In this document: positions 30,411 through 41,842 of the stretch, piece by piece
Position numbering within the stretch: position 1 is the first letter of the stretch
Layout of the letters: each line of letters opens with the position of its first letter
The notes under the pieces: model-generated
What the model saw: only the letters and a program-made list of their open reading frames with translations
Told to the model about the DNA's origin: nothing
The model's database searches: none
Translations under genes and position numbers: made by a program
Assembly (NCBI GenBank): GCA_964016885.1
Contig: OZ024765.1
Coordinates: forward strand, 22,940,001-23,004,000
Source of the DNA: Eledone cirrhosa
Lineage: Eukaryota
Reading direction: 5' to 3'
DNA: 64,000 bases

Positions 30411-30850
30411 AAAATTATGATAGAAAGTTTTTACATAAATATACACACTTTAAGGCACTTTTCCCTGCTTAAGGTTAGCCTTGCATGTCCCAGGACAAGT
30501 TTAATCCAGTCTGGGACACCCTGGCCATAGACTAACAAATGTTCTTCTATAAAATTATGATAGAAAGTTTTTACATAAATATACACACTTTAAGGCACTT
30601 TTCCCTGCTTAAGGTTAGCCTTGCATGTCCCAGGACAAGCTTAATCCAGTCTGGGACACCCTGGCCATAGACTAACAAATGTTCTTCTATAAAATTATGA
30701 TAGAAAGTTTTTACATAAATATACACACTTTAAGGCACTTTTCCCTGCTTAAGGTTAGCCTTGCATGTCCCAGGACAAGCTTAATCCAGTCTGGGACACC
30801 CTGGCCATAGACTAACAAATGTTCTTCTATAAAATTATGATGGAAGGTTT
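30411..30850. repeat. 140-bp tandem repeat x3
   Basis: aaaattatga starts at 30411, 30551, 30691 and 30831; copies almost identical. Confidence 0.93.
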
Positions 30851-30894
30851 TTATATATTTATATGTCAGTCATAAAGGTGAATTTGCAGAATTT

Positions 30895-31040
30895 TTAGAA
30901 CATTAAAACATTGGATAGAATGCTTTGCAGTATTTGTTCTGATTGATTCTCTCTGAGTTCAAATCCCACCAAGGTTAACTTTGCCTTTCATCCATTCAAG
31001 GTTGATAAAAAAAAGTACCAGTCAAGTACTGGGGTTAATT
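30895..31040 (+). mobile_element. tRNA-SINE fragment (gcctttcatcc...gataaaa..gtaccagt family)
   Basis: ctgagttcaaatcccaccaaggttaactttgcctttcatcc; same family as 47055-47620 and 48823-49198. Confidence 0.65.
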
Positions 31041-31235
31041 CTTCTTCTATATCTCTTTCTCACTTCTGTTCACTCATTCTCTATCCTTCTCTGGAGGAAA
31101 TCTGCTGTATTCAGACCTGGACAGGAGAGATGGGGTCCACCAGGTTTATAAAATGCCCTAGAAATGTTGTATGTCAATATGGCACCCCTATGACACCATC
31201 AAGGGTTAGGGGCCTATATATATTTATATATTACC

Positions 31236-31612
31236 TTACCTAAATACAAAGTAAAACCTACTACAGTCAGTAGGCATCTCTAACAAAATACACCCCCGTC
31301 CTACCACCCCATCCACACCGCCCCTTTCAATGTAAAGTTATGTTGGTGCCACAACATCCAGGCCGAAACAAATGAGGTCGTGTAGGTGTCATGACAAAAA
31401 AAACACACAGTTCGCGCTGTAATGTGGCCATGTAGGTAAAAACCTCCCAGCCCCACACTGTAAATGTGGTTGGTGATAGGAAGGGCATCCAGCTGTAGAA
31501 AACCCGCCAGACAGTCCTATGCGAGCAAGACAATCACTCTTGCCTCAAGTGGGAAAACTCCCGTCCAAACCCATGCAAGCGTGGAACACGGACGTTAAAC
31601 GTTGATGATGAT
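31236..31612 (+). mobile_element. RTE 3' UTR fragment
   Basis: Reverse complement of 24690-25085; ends ggacgttaaacgttgatgatg. Confidence 0.85.
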
Positions 31613-32134
31613 ATCAACCAGAATTTGAGAGGTTTGATTCCCTGTAACAGTTGCTTGCCCCCTTTTTGTCGTCTTTAGTGGTATTTAAACCAATTTTCTA
31701 AGCTGTTATTTAGGACAATTGACTGTGTTTACAGTTGTCTTCTGTGTTTGAGATTTCTACATTTTCAAAGGAAATATATATTTCTTTATTTAATCAATGT
31801 AAACGTCCGTATAGATTTAGTAAGCCATGACTGACCAAAAGATCGTCATGGTAATCATTTTTACAACCATTTTTCCATGCTTGCATGGGTTGGACAGGTC
31901 CTTTTCAGCACAGCTCTCCACTTGCTGTGTCCTTTCATCATCAAATACTTGATGATGGTCGAGGGGTTTTCTCACATGTCTACTCAGGCCACCCCATTAC
32001 TGTGCCCAGCAGTAACATGACTAGTGTTAGCTCTGTATATGTAGTTAGTGTTAAACTTTTTATAGTTTTTGGCAGGGTATTTTCTGGCTGAGATAACATT
32101 CTGATGAGAGGTTTTAGTCAAATATTAGTCAATA

Positions 32135-32528
32135 TGTTGGTGCCACAACATCCAGGCCGAAACAAATGAGGTCGTGTAGGTGTCACGACAAAAAAACACA
32201 CAGTCCATGCTGTAATGTGGCCGTGTAGGTGACACGGTAAAAACCTCCCAGTCCACTGTAAACGTGGTTGGTGTTAGGAAGTGCATCCAGCTGTAGAAAA
32301 CCCGCCAGACAGTCCACGCTGTAATGTGGCCGTGTAGGCAACACGGTAAAAACCTCCCAGTTCCACACTGTAAATGTGGTTGGTGTTAGGAAGGGCATCC
32401 AGCTGTAGAAAACCCGCCAGACAGTCAGTCCTATGCGAGCAAGACAACCACTCTTGCCTCAAGTGGGAAAACTCCCGTCCAAACCCATGCAAGCGTGGAA
32501 GATGGACGTTAAATGATGATGATGATGA
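32135..32528 (+). mobile_element. RTE 3' UTR fragment with an internal ~120-bp duplication
   Basis: The ggtgttaggaag..catccagctgtagaaaacccgccagacagtc block occurs twice; (GAT)n tail. Confidence 0.85.
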
Positions 32529-32673
32529 GGATTTCCAACCTTTCATCACAATATTTCTAATGAAAGACATTGGCTATGGTTTTCAAATAATTTTGAAATA
32601 CATACACACACATATGTACGTATGTTCATATATGCACATATATACATATATACATATACACATACAACATACA

Positions 32674-35600
32674 TAATAATAATGAAAATATTGTGTACAG
32701 TGCTCAGGTGCATTACAACTCATCAAAAGTGTATGTATAGTACATAGGGTAATGTACAAACGTCAGGAAAATGAACAGAACATGAGTCATGATATACACA
32801 TGTGTGCATGTGTATGGAAGGGGTACATCAGGTGTAGTTTTGGCGAATTTCGGGAACCATGAGGGTTTTAAAGGATGCAGTGTCTCGGCAGCTAACAACT
32901 GCAGCAGGCAATTTGTTCCATGCTTCAGCAACTCTGAGCGTCAAAAAATGTTTCCGAAACTCATGGGAGCTGTGCTGTTTTCAGACTTTGTAGGCATGTC
33001 CACATGTGTTAGACACATGGAGATCAAAGAGGCGCTCAGGGTTGTTGTTGGCAAGATGGTTAATAACTTTGTGGGTGTTTACCAAGTCCATTGCCAGACG
33101 TTGGAGCTTCAATGAATCCATGCCCAGGGAAGCAAGGCGTTCAGAGTATGGTAGGTGTCTGATGGAGGGTATGCGCTTGGTTGCACGTCTCTGAACAATT
33201 TCAGGAGGTCAATTTTCTGAGCAAGATAGGGGTCCCAGACTGATGATACGAATTCCAAGTGTGGTCGTACCATAGCTATATACAGTTTTAAATAGATGGC
33301 TGGAGAGCGGCTAACAAAGGTCTTGCTGAGTGATGCCAAGACACCCTCGGCCTTCTTGACAATCTTAGAGACATACTTTTTACTCCCAAAATGCATGGTG
33401 GTACACTTGTCCACAGCCAGCTTCAGTTGCCAGTCTGTGATCCACTGCTGCATTGTGTCCAGGTCTGATTGTAGGAAAGAGTTATAGATTTCAGGATCTG
33501 TCCTTTTGATTTCAAGGTACAGCTTGATGTCATCTGCATATTTCAGTACTGTGGCATTCTTTAAGTTGGCATCTATGTCATTAATGTATGCAACAAACAA
33601 AAAGGGACCAAGAACAGATCCCTGTGGTACACCAGATGACATCTCATATGGTGAAGAATGCTGTACAAGAACCGTGACTACCTCTTTTCAACCAGTTAAA
33701 AAGATCATCCCTCACACCCATTGCAGAGAGTTTCGCAATAAGTCTTTTGTGTGGCACAGAATTAAAAGCCTTAGCGAAGTCAAGGTAAACAACATCCACC
33801 CATGAGCTGCTGTCAGTGATCCGGGTAATGTCTTCAAGGAACTCGATAAGCTGATCACAGCAGCTGGAGTTAGGGATAAATCCAAATTGCGAGGGCCAGA
33901 TGAGGCTGTGAGAGCTCCAGAAGTTCCAAAGTGTTTCTCTGACACAGGATTCCATCAGTTTGGCCATACAGCTAGTAAGACTGACTGGACGATAGTTGAC
34001 AGGTGACATGCGGTTGCTCTTTTTGAACAAGGGAATGACACTGGCAGTTTTCCACTGCTCCGGAGTAGCACCATTGTTGAGACAGTATTGAAAGAAGAAA
34101 GCAAGCTGGTGGTGCAAGAGGAAGTACCCGCCATGTTTGAGAAGCAGGTATGGAACACCATCAAGACCAGGGGAGGCATAGTTGCGCTTATTCTTAAGGT
34201 GACATCGCAGCATTGCAGGTGTAAATTCCGTAGTTGTTATGGAATTTGATGGTAGAGATGGTGGAGATGGTACATTCTGGTTTTCAACAGTAAAAATGCT
34301 TGCATAGGACTCAGCAATGAGTTCTGCGCATTCTTTGGAATCATCAGTGATCTGGCTTGTGTGGGGATTGCGAAGAGGACCAACTGGAGAGTGAGGTCTC
34401 TGCTTTGAATGAACATATTTCCAGAACACCTTACTGTCAGGATTGGTTGCTATGCACTGTTCAAATTCAAGCACTGCCTATTTCGTCACTTGCTTGAGAT
34501 GGTTAGATTTATTCCTCTTTTTTCTGTTGGCATCTGATTTATGCAGTTTATATTCCCGTTCAGCATTCCGATGTTCTTTCCTGGCAAGTTGGACCGCTGA
34601 AGTTTCCCAAATTGCACTTTTGGGGTGGGTTTTTTTCTGCTTACATGGCACTGATGCTGCACACGCTATCCATATTGAGTCCAGGATGCTCTGGAGTTTA
34701 GTGTTCACATCTCCAGAGTTGTAGAACTCATGCCAGTTTGGGCGCTGTAGCTCAGTGCAGTACAGGTTCCAATCTGCTTTCTTCCAGTCAAAGCAAGCAG
34801 ATTGGAGATGGTTCTGGTTTTTGTTGCTGCCCGCAAGAGCCAGATTGGGATTGATCATAGCATAATCAGAGTCGCCTAGAGGTTCCTCAGTAGTACAACT
34901 GATAACCACTTCAGGAGTAGTGGTGAAGATCAGGTCCAAAGTGTTGTCACCTCTTGTTGGAGAGGTGACTACTTGTGACCAGTTTGAGTCCAGCACTAGC
35001 TCAAGGAAATTGTTTGTACTTTGTGGCCAACGAAATGTTTCCCAATCAATCTCAGGATGATTGAAGTCACCTGCAATAAACACATAAGTGGCAGTTTTCC
35101 TGGCAGCAGCTCTGAGGATATCGCAAAGCTGTGTGTCCTGATGGTAGTTTGGGGGGCGATAAACAACACCAAGCAGAAGTGTTGACATGGTCATACGTAT
35201 GTCACAGAAAAAAACTTCTTCTTGTGATTCGTTCAAATCAACGCAAGGAATTACCGAAAAGTTTGAACGAACGTAGACTATCACACCACCACCACGGCCA
35301 TTACTGCGGTCCTTGCAGAACAGGTTGTACCCAGTAATGCTGAAGACCCCATCACAGAGTAAGGAATGTGCCCATGTTTCCGTGACTGTGATGAAGTCAG
35401 AGTCGATGCTTCTGACGTAGGAGTTAAACAGATGTATCTTGTTGCATAAACTGCTAGCATTTAAGGACAACAATTTGTACCCTGCTTGCAGTTTATGATG
35501 GTGTGTAGAGGATGGCAGGTTGTTCTGGTTTAGTTTCCCAGAATTGTTGCAGTTTTTTCATTGCCAGTTATTGAGGGTAGAGCGCACTCAGACCAGCTGG

Positions 35601-36110
35601 TATCTCTCTTCCACGTTTCACCAGCCTTAACAAACCTCCAGGTCTGCCCATCACCACGCAGACTAAAACTTTCATGTTGTGCTGAGTTCCGATTCAAGGA
35701 AGCTGTAGCACGTAGCTTTGGACGTACATCAGGTGGTAGGCCTTGGGTGTGTTCGGAAAGTAATCCGATTTTCACGCCCAGCTTTAACAGAGGCCAGATG
35801 ATATGAAATTGCCTCAGCGGGGTCCGAAAAAGACAGCCTGATGAGTCTGGGTTTTGGACCAGGTCGACCAAGGCGGAGAGCACCCTTTGGGGGAACACAG
35901 CCTAGGTCTTTGGCTGAGCTGGCAGCAAATGCCTGAAAATCAGCCTTGTCTTCTGGTACCCCAATGGCAATTACTTCATGGGTAGCAGATTCCGCGGTCT
36001 TCTCAGTGTGCCCAGATACAGCAAGAAGTACAGGGAGATTCTTTAGCAAGGCATTCCAATTGTGGGGTCCTACCCGAATGCTTGCCTTTATTCCTGTTAC
36101 TTTCCTTCTT
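32674..36110 (-). mobile_element. Near full-length, inactivated CR1-group LINE (ORF1 remnant, APE endonuclease, RT)
   Basis: APE: LNASSL..K, VTETW, GVVYRPP, GDFNHP, PTRGDNTLDLIF (34478-35473). RT: NYRPVSLTS, YLDFAKAFNSVPH, SGVPQGSVLGP, YADD, VRPHLEF. In-frame stop at 34478 and frameshifts. (TTA)n tail at ~32674. ORF1-like PGPKPRLIRL at 35530-36100. Confidence 0.92.
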
Positions 36111-36339
36111 AAAGCAGAAATCATTTGTTGCATACGTACACACATTCATGCATACTTACATACATACAAACATACATTTATACACATACATGCATACATA
36201 TACACATATATACACACACACATGCATACATATTTACACACACACATACATGCATATACATATGCATATACACACAGAAAGCTCTTTGTCAAGTATCTTT
36301 GCCTCTTCTCATTGATATATGAGAGTGTATATAGATATA

Positions 36340-37530
36340 TATATACGTGAGAGTGTGTGTATATATGTACGTGAGAGTGTGTGTATATATATATACGTGA
36401 GAGTGTGTATATATATATATATGTATATATACGTGAGAGTATGTATATATATATATATATATATACGTCAGAATGTATATCTATATACAGAGTGTGTGTA
36501 TATATCTATATATGTGAGTGTGTGTATATATCTATATATGTGAGTGTGTGTATATATCTATATATGCGAGTGTGTGTATATATCTATATATGTGAGTGTG
36601 TGTATATATCTATATATGTGAGTGTGTGTATATATCTATATATGTGAGTGTGTGTATATATCTATATATGTGAGTGTGTGTATATATCTATATATGTGAG
36701 TGTGTGTATATATCTATATATGTGAGTGTGTGTATATATCTATATATGTGAGTGTGTGTATATATCTATATATGTGAGTGTGTGTATATATCTATATATG
36801 CGAGTGTGTGTATATATCTATATATGTGAGTGTGTTTATATATCTATATATACATGAGTGTGTGTATATATCTATATACATGAGTGTGTGTATATATCTA
36901 TATATGTGAGTGTGTGTATATATCTATATATGTGAGTGTGTTTATATATCTATATATACATGAGTGTGTGTATATATCTATATATGCGAGTGTGTGTATA
37001 TATCTATATATGTGAGTGTGTGTATATATCTATATATGTGAGTGTGTGTATATATCTATATATGTGAGTGTGTGTATATATCTATATATGTGAGTGTGTG
37101 TATATATCTATATATGCGAGTGTGTGTATATATCTATATATGCGAGTGCGTGTATATATCTATATATGCGAGTGTGTGTATATATCTATATATGTGAGTG
37201 TGTGTATATATCTATATATGTGAGTGTGTGTATATATCTATATACATGAGTGTGTGTATATATCTATATATACATGAGTGTGTGTATATATCTATATATG
37301 TGAGTGTGTGTATATATCTATATATGTGAGTGTGTGTATATATCTATATATGTGAGTGTGTGTATATATCTATATATGTGAGTGTGTGTATATATCTATA
37401 TATGTGAGTGTGTGTATATATCTATATATGTGAGTGTGTGTATATATCTATATATGCGAGTGTGTGTATATATCTATATATGTGAGTGTGTGTATATATC
37501 TATATATGCGAGTGTGTGTATATATTCACA
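36340..37530. repeat. ~26-bp minisatellite (atatgtgagtgtgtgtatatatctat)n
   Basis: Direct reading of the sequence. Confidence 0.93.
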
Positions 37531-37644
37531 TGAGTGTATATATCTATGCAGGTGTCTGTAACATAAATACATTAAAATGTATTTTTCTTTTTCTTTTTTT
37601 CCTTACCCCACCTCCCCACCCATTACCTACATACCGTCAATACC

Positions 37645-38610
37645 CCCACACCACACCACCACTAACACTACCTCATTACACCCCCACTCCACCACCACTG
37701 TTATCACCACCTCATTACACCCCCACTCCACCTCATTACACCTCCACACCACCACCACTGTTATCACCACCTCATTACACCCCACACCACCTCATTACAC
37801 CCCACTCCACTACCACTGTTATCACCACCTCATTACACCTCCACTCCACCTCATTACACCTCCACTCCACCTCATTACACCTCCACTCCCCCACCACTGT
37901 CATCACCACCTCATTACACCCCCACCTCACCACCACTGTCATCACCACCTCATTACACCCCCACTCCACCACCACTCCACTCCACCACCTCCACTCCACT
38001 CCACCACCACTGTTATCACCACCTCATTACACCTCCACTCCACCTCATTACACCCCCACTCCACCGCCACTCCACTCCACCACCTCCACTCCACTCCACC
38101 ACCACTGTTATCACCACCTCATTACACCTCCACTCCACCTCATTACACCCCCACTCCACCACCACTGTTATCACCACCTCATTACACCCCCACTCCACCT
38201 CATTACACCTCCACTCCCCCACCACTGTCATCACCATCTCATTACACCCCCACACCACCACCACTGTTATCACCACCTCATTACACCCCCACTCCACCAC
38301 CACTCCACTCCACCACCTCCACTCCACTCCACCACCACTGTTATCACCACCTCATTACACCTCCACTCCACCTCATTACACCCCCACTCCACCACCACTG
38401 TTATCACCACCTCATTACACCCCCACTCCACCTCATTACACCTCCACTCCCCCACCACTGTCATCACCATCTCATTACACCCCCACACCACCACCACTGT
38501 TATCACCACCTCATTACACCCTCACTCCACCACCACTCCACTCCACCACCTCCACTCCACTCCACCACCACTCCACCACCACCACTCCACTCCACCATGA
38601 CCACCACCAC
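37645..38610. repeat. C/A-rich compound repeat (ccacctcattacac / caccaccactgttat / ccact) abutting the last ABHD acceptor
   Basis: Direct reading of the sequence; produces the Pro/His/Thr artefact ORFs. Confidence 0.92.
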
Positions 38611-38612
38611 AG

Positions 38613-38723
38613 ATTATCCAAGGTGCAGGACATCACGTGTATGCTGACCGCAGCGATGACTTCAACACATTAGTCACGGAGGTTTGCAGTTTGGCTGATA
38701 AAGAGGAAGAAGACGCTGAATAA
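38613..38723 (+). CDS. ABHD4: ABHD4/5-like final coding exon (IIQGAGHHVYADRSDDFNTLVTEVCSLADKEEEDAE*)
   Basis: cag acceptor, phase 0, 111 nt including TAA. Carries the catalytic His and the HX4D motif (HHVYAD) typical of ABHD4/5. Not in the ORF track. Confidence 0.93.
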   Translation: MIQGAGHHVYADRSDDFNTLVTEVCSLADKEEEDAE

Positions 38724-38744
38724 CGTACCTCCTTTATTAGAGAG

Positions 38745-39340
38745 GGACCTTCAACACTAGAGAGTCACATGACACAATACTACCTTCAACACTAGAGAGT
38801 CACATGACACAATACTACCTTCAACACTAGAGAGTCACAGGACACAATACTATCTCTAGTATTAGAGAGGGACAACACAATACTCCCTTCAACACTAGAG
38901 AGTCACATGACACAATACTACCTCCAGCATTAGAGATGGACACAACACAATACTACCTTCAACACTAGAGTCATGTGACACAATACTACCTCAAGTATTA
39001 GAGAGGGACACAACACAATACTACCTTAAGCACTAGTCACATGACACACTACTACCTTCAACACTAGAGACACATTTAGAGAGGGACGCAACACAACACG
39101 ACACTAGAGCGGGGAATGACACTAAATAGTACCTCCAGCATTAGAGAGGGACAACATAATATTATCTCCAACACTAGAGAGGGAATGACACTAAATAATA
39201 CCTCCAACATTAGAGAGGAAAAGGATGTTGAATGAAATAGCTTCAACATTAGAGATGGACGCAGTGCTGAGAAAAGTACCTCCAACATTAGAGATGGACT
39301 TAAGAATTAGACACTAAATCATACTTCCAACACCAAAGAT
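38745..39340. repeat. Degenerate ~35-45-bp tandem repeat at the start of the putative ABHD 3' UTR
   Basis: taccttcaacactagagagtcacatgacacaatac and variants. Confidence 0.8.
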
Positions 39341-39774
39341 TCACACAGCACTAAGTAATATTTTTGATACCCTTTGCTCAGAATGTCTCCCCTATGTCGT
39401 ACAAACGTATCCAACATTTGTGAACTTCATCAGAGATGGGAGACCTGCCCGGTAAAATACTTGCATTATCATTGAATAATATATTCAATGTTTGTTGTTT
39501 GGAAAGAATGTTGTTGTTGTTTTAGGGGTTGTTGATTTTGTTGAGGTTTTGGGGGGGAAAGTGGGGTTCTTGTTGTTTTGGAGGGACAGTTATACTTTTG
39601 GTATTGTCATCATTCTGTCTCTTTCTGTCTTCATCAGACACCTGTCTTCATCAGACATTTGTCTTCATCAGACATCTGTCTTCATCAGACATTTGTCTTC
39701 ATCAGGCTTCTGTCTCAAACTATCATTTATATTCTGTTTTTGTCAGTCATCTGTGTACATATATACATCCAGCA

Positions 39775-39864
39775 ATCTGTTTTCATTAGTCTTCTACATA
39801 TATAGGTGTGTGTGTGTATATATACACACACACCTATATATGTAGAAGACTAATGAAAACAGAT
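39775..39864. repeat. 90-bp near-perfect palindrome in the putative 3' UTR
   Basis: atctgttttcattagtcttctacatatatagg(tg)5tata / tata(ca)4cctatatatgtagaagactaatgaaaacagat. Confidence 0.92.
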
Positions 39865-40215
39865 GTGTGTGTATATATATATGTATGTATATAGACATAC
39901 ACATACCTATATATATATATATACATACATATATCTATACATACACATATACATATATATATATACATACATATATCTATACATACACATATATATATAC
40001 TTATATATATATATTAATATATATATATATATATATATACACATAGTAAATCTATATAGCCTCCCTTTTGCATTACAAATATTGTTCTATTTTATTATGT
40101 AAACGATAACCTGAATTACACATACATATACATGTATGTACACACATACATGTATATATATATATATATATATTATATTATATTATATTATATATTTTCC
40201 TTCTACGCATTGAAA

Positions 40216-40271
40216 AATAAAGAGAAAACATTTTTAAATACATAAAAAAAATTTGTTGAAATTTCAATAAA
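40216..40271 (+). promoter_or_regulatory. Candidate polyadenylation signals of the ABHD gene
   Basis: AATAAA at 40216 and 40266, followed by T/GT-rich sequence at 40290-40345. Confidence 0.45.
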
Positions 40272-40364
40272 GAAATTGAAAAAAAAACCTGTTTTAATTT
40301 AATGTTGGGAGTTCTTATTTTTTTTTTTTGCATGTTTGTTTATCTTTAATATTAAATGGCGAAT

Positions 40365-40985
40365 TCTTCACAGCTCTGATACTACGGGCATCATCATCAT
40401 CATTTTACGTCCGCTTTTCCCTGCTTGCAAGGGTGGGACGGGAACTGATTCTGGCTTGATTTCTACAGCTGGATGCCCTTCCTAACACCAACCTCATTTA
40501 CAGTGAGTGCTGGGTGCTTTTTTGCCGTGGCACCTCCACGTCCACTTTGCAGTGGAATGATAGGGACCCCAGTCCCTATCATCTCATTTCTACAGGTGAG
40601 TAAACTGGAGCAATGTGAAATAAAGTGTCTTGCTCAAGGAAACAACACATCACCCGGTCTGAGAATTGAACTCACAACCTTTCGATTGCAAGGCCAATGC
40701 TCTAACCACTAAGCCATGTGCCTCCATGTGGTGAGAATATCTCAGGAAAGAATCTCTGGACAGATTTTACTGGCAAAACTAACTGGGTAGACCCCGAGCA
40801 AGATGGTTGGATAACATCCATGAGTTTGGTTGGTCTCGCTTGGGGGATCTGGTTGGTCTCGCTTGGGGGATCCAGCTGGATCAGTTGGAGATGATTGCTT
40901 CTGACAGGACCTGCTGGAAGGAATGTTTGAGGAATCTGACCCTACGGCCCTCTTAGGAATAAGTGGGCAAAGAAAAGAAGAATTC
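40365..40985 (+). mobile_element. Old RTE-type LINE 3' fragment, split by a SINE
   Basis: QL*YYGH | VVRISQERISGQIL...RPRARWLDNI reads through once 40389-40725 is removed. Confidence 0.6.
40389..40725 (-). mobile_element. CORE-like tRNA SINE (third copy)
   Basis: Nearly identical to 29095-29430. Confidence 0.88.
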
Positions 40986-41219
40986 TTCTCTTGCGAACAT
41001 CAGTGGGAAGAATTATTGTTCTGTTCTGTGCAGTGGGTTACCCTGAGGTGGTTGGAGAGGCCTGGCCTGACATAAAGTCCATGATGTCTTTTTATCATTG
41101 ATAAATACAACAATGGATTACACTTCTCCCATGCATTGAGTACACTGCTGTGCTCAGGCTATCTAGCTGTAAATAGGGTCCATTGCTGTAGGGGTTGCAC
41201 CTCTTGCTTCTGACAACGA

Positions 41220-41510
41220 GTGCTCCAGTTGTTTAAACAACAGAACAGCTTGTTCATCATGAAGTTAAAGTGAAGTGGCTGAGCATTCCACAGACACATG
41301 TACAGCATTAATGTAGTTCTCAGGGAGACTCAGCGTGTGTCAGTGAATGACAAGGCTGGCCCCTTTGTATTACAGGTACAACTCATTTTTTTCAGTTGAC
41401 TGAGAGTAAATAAGAGCAACATAAAGTAAAGTGTCCTGCCTGGAATGTACGGCTGGGAATCTAACTTATGACCTTAAGATTGTGAGCCAAACTCCCTAAC
41501 CACAAAGCCA
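41220..41510 (-). mobile_element. Degenerate tRNA/CORE-like SINE
   Basis: Reversed tRNA head (ctaaccacaaagccac, gggaatctaactt) and CORE-like actcatttttttcagttga. Confidence 0.55.
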
Positions 41511-41544
41511 CACTTCACACAAAAACAAAGGTCTAAAGTCTGTC

Positions 41545-41810
41545 TCAACCCCGAGGCTCATCAGACCAGTGCTTATCCTGGTGCTTATCCTGGTTTTCAT
41601 GACATGAAGTGACTGAGAGTACAAGACTTCCCCCTGGACAGGACGCCAGTCCATCGCAGGGTTAAACCCCCAGATATTGCTGGTACTCATTTTCAGTTGA
41701 GTATACTGGAGCAACATGAAATGAAGTGTTAGGCTCAAGAACACAACACACAACACAGCTCAGGAATTGAACTCACAACATTATGATCATAAGTCAAACA
41801 CACCAACACA
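41545..41810 (-). mobile_element. Degenerate tRNA/CORE-like SINE with a different tail
   Basis: ggaattgaactcacaac (reversed B box), ggtactcattttcagttgagt..actggagcaac, ggacgccagtccatcgcagg. Confidence 0.6.
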
Positions 41811-41842
41811 GGGTCTGAATGAAATACAGTTACATGATACAT

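Noticed and set aside
37434-38647. Extensin-like Pro/His-rich ORFs
   Set aside because: Intronic C/A-rich repeat.
39626-39705. Repeated tcatcag (CUGAUGA on the minus strand)
   Set aside because: A short tandem repeat with no stem II/GAAA/stem III arrangement.
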